From: Balanoglossus misakiensis
Lineage: Eukaryota; Animalia; Hemichordata
Direction: 5' to 3'
Assembly (NCBI GenBank): GCA_040954595.2
Contig: CM082576.2
Span: 7,071,129-7,135,128, forward strand
Length of the DNA stretch: 64,000 nucleotides
Shown here: positions 12,651-24,222 of the stretch, one piece after another
Layout: the number at the start of each line of letters is the position of its first letter
Position numbering within the stretch: position 1 is the first letter of the stretch
Made by a program: the position numbers and the translations under genes
The notes under the pieces: model-generated
Databases searched by the model: none
What the model was told of the DNA's origin: nothing
Seen by the model: the letters and a program-made list of their open reading frames with translations, nothing else

Positions 12651-14483
12651 CTAGTATGTAAAATATTTGCCACCACTGGACCAGAACAGGCTCAATAAAA
12701 TGGCAAAAGTGAGCACCGACGTGTGAGCGGCGACCCTGCCACTCGAACCGGTGACGGGAGCGCGTGTGGACATGGCTACCGGCGAGTCGCCGGCGGGGAC
12801 GAATCCGTTGGCGGCGGCGATGGAGGCGTAAAATATGGCGGAATCCTTCACTTGGCGAGTGCGCTCGCTGTCGGTGAAGTCCACATAGTGCATGCCGAAA
12901 CGCTCACTGTATCCCGAACCCCACTCGAAGTTGTCCATCAACGACCATGCCGTGTAGCCTCTGCAGTTGGCCCCATCGATCTTTACAGCTGGAAAAAGAA
13001 AAAAAAACCGTGTCAAATGTTACCCAGGTCATTCTGTTAGAGACACGTGATTTCTGATTTCAGTTTCGATTAAGAATCATTACGTATTACATGTATAGTG
13101 TATTTTCCAGATATTTTTATGTCAACAATATGTTTTCCAATTACCTTTCAGTACTTCATTTATGTACGATTTGTAGTATTTTATCCTGTCTTCGTCACTC
13201 AAATCGTACACGTCTTTCGTCGACACACCGTTTTCTGTGACGAAGGACTCGACGCCGTCGTACTCCTTGTCAATCCAGACCAGGATGTGTCGGATTCCCC
13301 AAGGCACCGCTTGCAACCAGCTGGAACCCGAGCCCGGCCATTCCGATTGTTTCCAGGTGGGGATGTTGGCGTCCTTGCCCCAGTAAGGCGGCAGGCTGTA
13401 GTCGTCACTGTCTGCGTTGACCACGTAGTTCGAGCTGTAGTGGTTCAGACCGAAGAAGTCGCCGGTTTTGGCGATGTAGGCTTTCTCCTCTTCGGTGAAC
13501 TCGGGTAACCTCGACTCGTTGTAGCCCTGCGCGGAGCTGATGTCGGCGACCCTTGTTTTCATGATCTCTGGGTAGTCGCCGTTTTTGAAGATCGGGTGCG
13601 CGAACCATCCCAGGGAGAACTGCATGGACTGCTCGGATGCGGCCACGTGGTCGGGATTGCTGGCGTTGTATGGCTCGGCCCAGTCGGAATTCAACGTGAT
13701 GCCAACTTTGCCGCGCTGTATGCTCCTGTAGTTTTCGTCGTAGTGGTGCCATGCCGCGGCATGCGATTTGATGATGTGATGGGTCACTCGGTACGGCGTG
13801 GGCCCCGGTTGGCTTATGCCGGGAGCGAATACGCCGCTTTCGTAACCCAGCAGCGAGATGATCCAGGGTTCGTTGAACGTGATCCAGTACTTGACCCGGT
13901 CGCCGAACCGAGAGAAACAGACGTCCGCATAGGCTCTGAAATCGTCGATTATACGATCGTCCATCCAGCCTCCGTAACTGTCGTGCAGAGCTTGGGGCAG
14001 GTCCCAGTGATAGAGGGTGACCATTGGCTGTATGTCGTTGGCCAAAAGTTCATCTATGAGGTTGTTGTAGTACTGTATACCCAGATCGTTAATAGCACCT
14101 CTGCCCTCTGGCAAAACACGTGACCAAGCGATGGAAAATCGGTAATATTTCAGCCCCAAATTTTTTATCATAGCAACGTCCTCTTTGTACTTATGGTAAC
14201 TGTCGCAGGCAATGTCACCTGTCTGGTCATTGTAGACGTGACCACCTTCGTGCGTCCAAGTGTCCCAGATGCTCGGCCCCTTCCCGTCTTTGTCCCACGC
14301 TCCTTCAATCTGGTAACTCGACGTCGCGGAACTCCAGATGAAATCCTCCGGGAAAGTGTCATAGTAGAGAGCGTCCCTTTCTGGGTCGTTGAAGACATCT
14401 TCGTAAACGAACTCTGGATCAGCTGCAGAAGCGATCGCCAGAAAGAAGATGGCGCAGTAAACGCTGTTCATGAGAGGTGCCAT
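12651..14483 (-). CDS. GH1 beta-glucosidase / lactase-like, copy 2 (2 exons)
   Basis: Exons 14483-13145 and 12988-12651. Close paralog of copy 1; TFNEP and VTENG intact; longer Ser/Thr/Pro-rich linker before the hydrophobic tail. Confidence 0.95.
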
Positions 14484-15684
14484 GATGGTGGTGGTGAAGT
14501 GACCAACAATAGTTCCCGTCAACTTGCTTACTTAGAAGACCGATGAGATAAGACAAACACGGGTGTATCATGTCATATACCTTGGTCTTGTTTGTTTGTT
14601 TTTATTTATCATTACATAAAAGACGTTTGGGAGACTGTCCTGTTTTCCGTCCAAGCCACTTTGCGGGACGCCCGGCCAATAGTCGTACATGTTGTTGAGA
14701 TCATAGACAGACCCACACACAATTACGGAGTTTTACACCAGTGACGTACCTACGAACCTTTAAATTGGTATCTCTGAACAAAAGACCAAATATTCGAGTA
14801 ATATGCGAGGTAGTGTAAACCAGCGACGGTAACGTGAAAATAAGTCGCAAAGCGTTGTGTAAGTTTTTACCTAAAGCTTCTACAACCTCGATAATGTGTG
14901 ACCCTGTAACCTCTCTGAGTAATCCCTGGTAGATTAGAGTCACTCATGTAACAGGGATCGATTGCGCTGAATCCACAAGCGTGGATTGCCACGTGTTTTT
15001 GTGATGGATGAAATATTCAAGGAATAGCTTATATGGACGTGCGATCGACGCGACGAGGGATCGACAGGCCTGTAGATTATTAATACATGTCATGTACCAC
15101 TGATATTATTTTCTCTCGCCAAAGGTAAACTTTCGACCACATCAGAAAGTCTGAGAGGTCAAATTTGTAATATGAATGAGTGAACTCATTCACGGGAAAT
15201 GAGTTTACACATATAATATTTATGTAACTGTAAAATCCGATATCTGGCCCGAAAGAGATTAAAATCGGGCGAATGATTATTTCTAGCCTTGCTGAAGGAA
15301 CTGATAGGGACCTTTTGAGCCTAGAAGACAGTGTAAATCTGACAAAGGACAAACAATTACGTGATTTGAAAATCAAATTTGATCATCTGCATTAACCATC
15401 CAGGCAATGGATCCAGAACATTATTGCTCCCTGCGTCGGAATTTCTACTACAGTTTGCACTCATAATCATTTTGCGCTGTGCTTTCACGGCAAAAATGAC
15501 AGGTCAAAGGTTACGCCAAATCTGAAGTAAACGGTCGTTACGTGTGTGCACAGTCCTGTGGTGTGTGTTTTAACAACTATTTATCCGTGTCGGAGTATGG
15601 CACCCTATCTTGTGAGTCGTAGAAATCACTTCTGACTTTTACGGCACACTTCTGATTTTTTAAACAATAAACGACCACGTACCA

Positions 15685-15866
15685 TTAAAGGTATACGGTC
15701 ACCTATACAAATTTAGCCACCGTTACTATGGTAAATTGAGATCTAACCAATCACAGATTTTCAGTGGGTGGCACACGCGAAAATAAAGCGTTCTTTAGAA
15801 CACTCAAATACGCCATTTCAACTATATATGGCGATATGTAAATTGGAGGTGACCGTATACCTTTAA
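15685..15866. mobile_element. Kolobok-like MITE (174 bp) with TTAA target duplication
   Basis: TTAA (15685-88) + aggtatacggtcacct (15689-15704) ... aggtgaccgtatacct (15847-62) + TTAA (15863-66): perfect 16-bp TIR starting with RR. Confidence 0.85.
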
Positions 15867-16268
15867 TAGCATGTTTTAAATACCACCGATAAAATACTTT
15901 AAATTGTATTCCGCTTTACATCACATATATGTTTTCACCTTCTGTTTTGTCGTTCATAAAACAATTGAATGACATTTTTGCACGTTTGACCATCAATATT
16001 TGGCTTTATAAAGAGCCTAGTCGGCGGCAGGAACCAGACATAAAAAATAGTTGCACGAAAGGGAAGTAACCAGGCTTATAAGATGAGTTGACATTCGAAA
16101 AAAAATTGTATGTGGGTTAACTGAAGTAAAAATGTACTGTGAAATTTATATTTTCATCACATATTACTTCCAGTAATAACAGAATATCTACCAGCAGTAA
16201 GCTACAGCTCCGTCCGGCCGATACATGTTCAATTTTGTCACTATTGTTTAAAAAACGGCAAACCTGTG

Positions 16269-16313
16269 TATATGATCATAGACTGTCTATATGATCATAG
16301 ACTGTCTATATGA
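16269..16313. repeat. 19-bp tandem repeat of a self-complementary unit
   Basis: tatatgatcatagactgtc x2.4; contains the palindromes tatgatcata and atagac-t-gtctat. Confidence 0.8.
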
Positions 16314-16944
16314 CGTGATGAATACCAAAACAAAGCATATACAATTCTTAGCGTATGATCAACCCCATCGTGATGATTGCCATAGCGACAGTCCAGACAC
16401 TTGAACTTGATACACCAAAGGCTCACACTTGAGAATACAAGTACACTTATCAAACAACATAAAGCCAGAGACTAGACATGGGTTTGCATGTAGAAAACTA
16501 AACTTTATTGAAGGTTCGCCGTCCCATGCACGACTACAAGCTAACATCGGTAGATTCCAGATGGAAATAGTACGGGCGGGGTCTAAAGTGTTTTGAAGGT
16601 CCGGACTAAAAACTTCATGAAACAAGATAGAGTGGCCACCAGATATTCCGTGAAATAATGTATACAGGTATTTTACAGTGTGTGCTTCAAAAGCAGGAAA
16701 CTACAAACTAACGCATAGTTTTGATTGCCATGTTTTTTTTTAATGTTTTGGTTAAGGAATATGTATTTAAAGCGTAATACATCTAGTACAGTGAGCAATA
16801 GTAGAAATCAGTATCTAAGTATTTGGTTCATTAATTTCTACCTATAACAAAAAATAAAATTTGAAAACGCAACTTTCCCTTAATGTAATTTCACCGGTAA
16901 GCGCACAGAAGCATTTCTTACTTAACTTCAAAAAAAAAACAATT

Positions 16945-19438
16945 TCAAAGTTTTAGAAAATGCCACAAAACAGACATAAATACACAAAGTAGGGAGAGGC
17001 AAGAAGGCGACAGTCTGGCGGTCCCGCTGGTTATGCCGTTATTTTGTACCACGTCAGTGTAAAATTTGGCCGATTCTTTCTGTACACGAGGGCGATTGTC
17101 GTCTTCGAAGTCCACGTAATGCATACCGAACCTTTGGGAGTATGCGGACGTCCACTCGAAGTTGTCCATCAGAGACCATGCGAAGTAACCCTGGACGTTG
17201 ACACCGTCAAGGTCAATGGCTGAGGAGAAAAGACATTTTGTCACTCATTAATGTAGGTGGGGAGAGAGGGAACAGAGAGACAGACACAGAGACAGGGATA
17301 CACATTACATATACACACATATACACGCACACATGCATACATATACGTGTCACATACACACTAGGTAACAGAAGTTATCGGGTATGCGCTGAAGTAATTC
17401 CAATCTCGGACACCTGTCAAGACCTGCTCGCGCGGGCAACGCCTTACCTTTCAACGTCTCTGACAAGTAAGCCCGGTAGAATGTAATTCGACTTGTGTCG
17501 TTTAAATCGTTGGTGTCGGGAGTAGAGACGCCATTCTCTGTGATCATGATGATGGGGTCATTGTACTCTTCCTTCAACCATCCCAGCAGTCTTCGCAAAC
17601 CCCATGGGACTGGTCGGAGCCAGGTAGAACCGGATGTTGGCCAAGAATCATCCTGGTGTCTCTCTACATCCTGGAAAATGAGATGGTTTAAAGAAGCAAG
17701 GGGCATAGGATGTTGTGATGTAAAGTATTCGGACATTATCAGAATAACTAGCATGGTGAAATAAATCATTTCATCACCCCCCCCCCCCCCAACTAGCTAG
17801 GTCGCCATTTTCTTAGTTACCACGTTCGTTTTATTGTTCAATACATACAATTTGTTCAGATAACACAGCAAAAAAGTGCCTACTCATTGTAGAGTGTTTG
17901 GAAGAAGCACGTAGCAGAGATGCATTAAGAATTGTAATCTATCATACACAGATATTATACAGATCAAGTATTTATTTATGCAAGACAATAAATGATTTAT
18001 TTTTTAATCTATTTGCCTGACTGGGGTTCAAAATAAAGATAGCGTTGTCACTCACTTGTAACACTTAATGATAACACATTTGTCAAATCTAGTCTATGGA
18101 ATTAACCATCGATCTGGCCAAAGGTAAAAAAAGACATTGCCAAGCGTAAAAAGTTATAAACTTCTCACAGAATTTACCTGATCATATTCGTAATGCGGTT
18201 CGGAGTCCACGAAAATGTGATGTTTACAAATACTGGTCGTGTACTGGTTCAGAGCAAAGAAGTCCGCTGTGCCTTTGATGTAGTTCTTCTCTTCTTCTGT
18301 GAAGGCGGGAAGTCGAGATTCGGGCAAGCCCTGGGCCTCGCTTTTGTTGCCCACCTGCCACTTCATGATGTCCGGGTAGTCGCCATTGATGAAAATCGGG
18401 TGGGAAAACCTGTGAATTTGACCAATAAGAACAAGACACGATAGAGTGAATGCATAATGTTGCTACACGTGAAGTTTGCGTGATGTCGTTTTTGCGCGAC
18501 TGAATTCAGATAGTGGGGTGTCGTAAATTTTTGCGTTTGGCCAATGAAAGAAGGTTTGGAGGGACTTACCACCCAGCCGTAAATTGCATGTAAGTGTCGG
18601 CAGCGGCCACGTCTTTCGGGTCGTCGGGGTTCTCTGGTTCGCCCCAGTCAGTACTCACAACCATGGTGATCATAGCACCTTGAGATGCTTTGTATTTCTC
18701 TTGATAGACATTGTAAGCCTTGGCGTGCGCTTTGATGATTGTGTGCGCGGCGCGGTACGGCGCGTAGCCTGGGTCGTAGATACCCGGGGCAAAGACGTCT
18801 ATCCCGTACCCCAGCCAAGTCACCACGTATGGTTCGTTGAAAGTCGACCAAATCTTCACTCTGTCCCCGAACTCCCCGAAACAAAGGTCGGCATAGTCCC
18901 TGAAGATGTCCGCCAGGTTGTCGTTCTCCCAGCCGCCGATATCTTGCAGCGCCTGCGGCAGATCCCAGTGGTACAGCGTCACCACCGGCTCGATATTTGC
19001 CGCTACAAGACTGTCCAACAGATCGTTGTAATAGTCGATGCCGGGCTGGTTGACGTTATCGGTTGTGCCGTCGGGGAGGATGCGGGGCCAGGAGAGCGAG
19101 AAGCGGTAGTGCGACACGCCGATGCCCTTCAGCAGGTCGACGTCGTCCTGGTATTTGTTGTAACTGTCGCACGCCACGTCGCCCGTGTCGCCCATGCACC
19201 TGGTGGTATTCTGACAGAATTTGTCCCAGATGCTCAGCCCTTTGCCGTCCGCATCCCAGCCGCCCTCGATCTGGTAGGCCGAAGTCGCCGTCCCCCAGAC
19301 GAAGTCCGCCGGGAAAGGGCCGTAGTGCTCGGAATCACGCTCCGTGTCGTTAAACACCGGGTAGAGATATCCATCGCTTCTTCGACAGGTGACTGAGAAA
19401 GTGGCTAAGAAAAAAAGGGCACAGCCAAACCTAGCCAT
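16945..19438 (-). CDS. GH1 beta-glucosidase / lactase-like, copy 3 (4 exons)
   Basis: Exons 19438-18570, 18409-18178, 17670-17448, 17219-16945. Signal peptide [18 protein letters not shown]; [30 protein letters not shown]; hydrophobic tail. Confidence 0.95.
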
Positions 19439-21102
19439 TGCTTTTGAAGTGTCGTTAGAACTTTCAGACACCGACGAATGTCTCGTATTCTCCCCTCCTG
19501 TATCTGGGGTTATTTTAAAACTGGATAATAACTTGTGATTTGTCTGATAACACTAATTTCTTCATGTTTGAATTTTGTCGGTCCCTGGGAGACACTGATT
19601 GGTGGTTACGACTACAGCTGTTCGATTAGAAGGCTCACCCCCTCTGTGAGTTGACCAGGTACAAACAGTCCATCAGCCAATAAAACTATTAGCCACACAA
19701 AATTTAAAAAAAAAGCTTAACTCATCAATGCGCGCAGTACTTTGGACTTTATGGTTCATACGTATGCATATAAAATGAAGTATAATATCTGTGAAAGCGC
19801 CAGCAATTGACAAAACCAATCAAATGTTCAGAGCCTCATAATTTTTCATTCCACCAGTAACACAACTCCAAAGCAAGTAAATCGCTACAAAAATTGAAGG
19901 ATTTTGTAACTTGTGGTTTAAACTGCACAGAAATATTAATATTAGCGATATAAAATCCTTTCCTTTAAAAGCTTTAGTCAAAGCGAATGATTTCTGAATT
20001 GGATGTAATATTTTTTTTCTCCGAGACCGTCAAGCCCTTGGCCAATTTTCGTTTCTGCACTCCCTTTCCACAAATCCACTTAGCGACATTTAGTATTCTC
20101 TGAGATCTATGTTAATCCAACAGGCCATCCAGTTATCAGAATGAGAAAACAGAGTAAGCTAGATTGATTAGGCCTACTAGTATATCAATGCCGAATTTTA
20201 CAGTCACGTATCGCTTAATAAAGGGCCATATTTCTTGACCAGGACCTTTCTATAGATTTAACAATAGATCCCTTTGTCTTTGCACGGAACTGTTTATTGT
20301 TAAACAAAAGGGTCAGGTGTGCAAAACACATGCTCCTTCAAGTGTAAAAACGTTCTAATAACCCACTAAGCCAACACTTCGTTGATGGTTTGCAAACAAA
20401 CGCTGGTGGCGTGGTTGCTATAATCAAATAATTCAAGTGGCTTCTGTTACACGTTGCAATGCAACAAGCGCACCTCCGGTTGCTAGCAAACAAAGGTTTG
20501 ATAAAGTCAAAATAAAAATTGAAATTTAAATTAGTTCTGTTGATTGGTTCAATAGTACAACAGAGCAAGACACAGTATGAATGTCAATCTAAAATAGTCA
20601 ACGGATACTGTTACAACAAGCGACAGAGGGCGCTTGTCAACTATCCAGTGGTAGAGTTGTCTGAGCAGTCTCTCGTGGACCAGTCAAACCGAAATAGCAC
20701 TTCAAATTTCAACCATTCATTACTCCCCCCACCCTCACTCTCCCCTCTCTCGCTCTCACACACAAATCTTTCATAAAAAATCAACGTTGGTCGTCAGCTC
20801 ATCAAACGAGGTTGCTCTCTGTCAACGAGGATTTATTTTATTGTTACATGTAATTTAAAAAGTTGAATTGTACGAAAAGGCAGAAACCGAAGATTAAATA
20901 CCTGTGTTGGGTTTTTGTCATAGCAGAGCAAAAGAAAGTAGTATTGAGTAATTCTGTCAATAATGTTTTGAGATACATGTAGTACGTAAAAAAAGTGAAA
21001 CCAAAATTGGCTAGTCATGGACATACTCCTAAATCAGCCGAATATAAATTGGATTGCTGTCATTATAACTAAACTTGCAGGCCAGTTACATAAAATATAA
21101 GT

Positions 21103-23695
21103 TTAAATCATTGCATATTGCAATATAAAAGAAAGAATTGCGCCAAAGAACGCTACGCAAGAAAGTGAGAGACGTGAGCTTCCTCCCGTGTCTCCGCCGA
21201 TTTTGAAGCCGTTGTTTTGTATCAGTTCAGTGTAAAATTTGGCCGAGTCTTTCTGTACACGAGGACGATTGTCGTCTTCAAAGTCCACGTAGTGTAAACC
21301 GAACCTCTGGGAGTATGCTGACGTCCACTCGAAGTTGTCCATTAGAGACCATGCGAAGTAACCTTGAACATTAACTCCATCCAGTTTAATGGCTAAGAGG
21401 GAAAGGTGAAATTGAAGTCAGCCTCATTTGTATGTATTATCTCACTCACTCACTCACTCAACTCAACTCAACTCAACTCAACTCAACTCAACTCAACTCA
21501 ACTCAACTCAACTCAACTCAACTCAGAATTCTGAGAACACGGTCATGTACACGGTAGTGATTATACTTACCCTTAAGTGTTTCTGACAAGTAAGCCTGGT
21601 AGTACGTAATTCGACTTGTGTCGTTTAGATCACTGATGTCAGGAGTGGAGACGCCATTTTCTGTGACCATGATGATGGGGTTGTTATACTCTTTCTTCAG
21701 CCATCCCAGCAGTCTCCGTAAACCCCACGGAGCAGGACGAAGCCAGCCAGATCCCGACGTTGGCCAAAAATCCTTCTGGTACCTGACAACATCCTGGAAG
21801 AGGGATTACACCGACAGAAAAATTTACAGGGGATTTGCTATTTTTCGATACCATTATTATCACACGCAACTCCACTTAAACAGCAAGAAAATGCCGATCT
21901 TGAACATGTTCTATTTTACCTGGTCTTGTTCGTAGTTCGGTTCTGAGTTCTCGTTCACGTGGTGCGTGCACACGCTGGTTGTGTACTGATTCAGACCAAA
22001 ATAGTCCGCTGTGCCTTTGATGTAATTCTTCTCCTCTTCGGTGAAGGCGGGAAGACGCGATTCAGTCAAGTTTTGAGCCAAGCTCTTGTTGCCCACCTGC
22101 CACTTCATGATGTCCGGGTAGTCGCCATTGATGAATATCGGGTGGGCAAACCTGCGAATGTGGTGAATTAACCTTTAGCGTTCTTTAAGCACAACCATTA
22201 TTTTTACTGAGTGACCGTGATTTAATTTATGTAATTCAAAAAGATAATGATAAGAGTATCTCGATTTACAAACTAAATTAAGATAAATCTCTGTTTTAGT
22301 TCAAAGTTCAAACTAACTTGTAGTTTGTTATATAAAGCTTGCGTTTTTTTTTCAAGTATCCGTCCTAATAAACTAACAGAGACACTTCGGCGTTCGATTC
22401 CCTACAACGCTTAACTTGAAAATTCATTGAGCGAAATGGCAGATCACAAATATTGGCCGCCCACGAAAGTATTTTGGTTGTTTAACGAAACAAATTCACA
22501 GTGCCGTTCTTGTAGATTTTAGACACTTTATCTGAGTAATGGTACAGCACTCACTGAGAAGACCCGCATGAACGGATTAAATCTTGTAAGCCCCTTCGGT
22601 CGGGACGGAATACAAGTTTTCACCTTTGCGAAATGTTTGAATTAAGTTGAGAACGGTCTTCCAGTTAAATGATAGTCTAACTTTTTGTGTGGTTTTGAAC
22701 TGAACCTCGTGTGGCTCCACGTGAAACAATCGCGTGTTATGATGTCAATAATCAGAATCAGATACCAGCAAATAGTTTGATCAGTCACTGATGGGGAGGA
22801 GGGATCGGATTTGAGGGACTTACCACCCAGCGGTGAACTGAATGTAAGTGTCGGCAGCTGCGACGTCTTTTGGGTCGTCGGGGTTCTCTGGTTCGCCCCA
22901 GTCGGTACTCAGAACGATAGAAATTAAACCATCTTGCGACGCCTTATATTTCTGTTGGTAAATGTTGTAAGCCCTGGCATGTGCCTTGATGATAGTGTGC
23001 GTTGCACGATAAGTGCCGTAGCCCGGGTCGTAGATATTCGGCGGGAAGACACCCACCCCGTAGCCTAACCACGACACAACGTACGGTTCGTTGAAAGTCA
23101 CCCAGTATTTCACCCTGGGTCCGAACTCTTTGAAACAAAGGTCCGCGTAGTCCGCGAAGATGTCCGCCATATCGTCATTTTCCCAGCCGCCGATGTCCTG
23201 AAGCGCCTGCGGCAAATCCCAGTGATAAAGCGTGATCATGGGCTCGATATTTGCCTCTATTAAACTGTCCAGCACGTTGTTGTAATAGTCAATGCCGGGT
23301 TGGTTGATGTTGTTTATTGTGCCGTCGGGGAGGATGCGGGGCCAAGAGACGGAGAAGCGGTAGTGTGACACCCCGAGCGCTTTCATCATATCCACATCTT
23401 CTTGGTACTTGTGGTAACTGTCGCACGCCACGTCTCCTGTCGAGTCGCCCATGTATTGGTGACAGAAGGTATCCCAGATGCTGGGCCCTTTGCCGTCTGC
23501 GTCCCAGCCGCCCTCGATCTGGTAGGCCGAAGTCGCGGTTCCCCAGATGAAGTCGTCAGGGAAAGATTCGTTGTAAAAACAGTCGCGATCAGGGTCGTCG
23601 AAAACCGGGTACAAGTATTCGCAGCTTTCTTGACAAGCGACCAGGTGAAAAGAAAGAAATGTAAATAATGCAGAATACAGCAAAAACCGATCCAT
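21103..23695 (-). CDS. GH1 beta-glucosidase / lactase-like, copy 4 (4 exons)
   Basis: Exons 23695-22824, 22151-21920, 21793-21571, 21392-21103; same intron positions as copy 3; VTFNEP and VTENG intact; signal peptide and hydrophobic tail. Confidence 0.95.
21441..21525. repeat. Compound microsatellite (CTCA)n then (ACTCA)n in the last intron of GH1 copy 4
   Basis: Five CTCA units followed by about 13 ACTCA units. Confidence 0.95.
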
Positions 23696-24222
23696 TTTGT
23701 GAAATATTGTTGATTGTCGCTTCCGTTACTGAATAAATTCTGGACCGTCGGTCGTCATTGCTGTTGTTTTAATAACTGGCGTATTTCAGTTGCGATATTT
23801 TTGATAATAGGGATTAGTTTTGTTTGGATTTTGTAACTTCTCCAACCACCAATGATCGAACATTACATATTAAGCTGTTCAAATAAATTGCAAACCCCCT
23901 CTGCGAGAATTTTGGGGCTCTAATCCCGTTACATAAATGCACCCGTATCTTTCAAGTAGACTTCTATATCTTAGACTCAAGCTACAATTTTGGCAAATTG
24001 GACGAAATGTTCAAAGGGTGAAATATAATGATTCGTAAGTTTTCAAGCGATGTTTCTGCAATTTTGTTTCTGACACTACGGATAAATCGAAATCATTTTC
24101 GAAAAGGCACAAAAATACATTTGCATGTGTAAAAACTAGCTGGACTCGTTCCCCGCTCCCTTTCTAACGCTGCTGGCGCTAACATTACCCATCGTCCTTT
24201 GCCAACCACAAATTAATTCAAA

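Noticed and set aside
10014-23668. Long plus-strand ORFs (up to 270 aa) over the GH1 genes
   Set aside because: Antisense shadows of GC3-rich coding exons.
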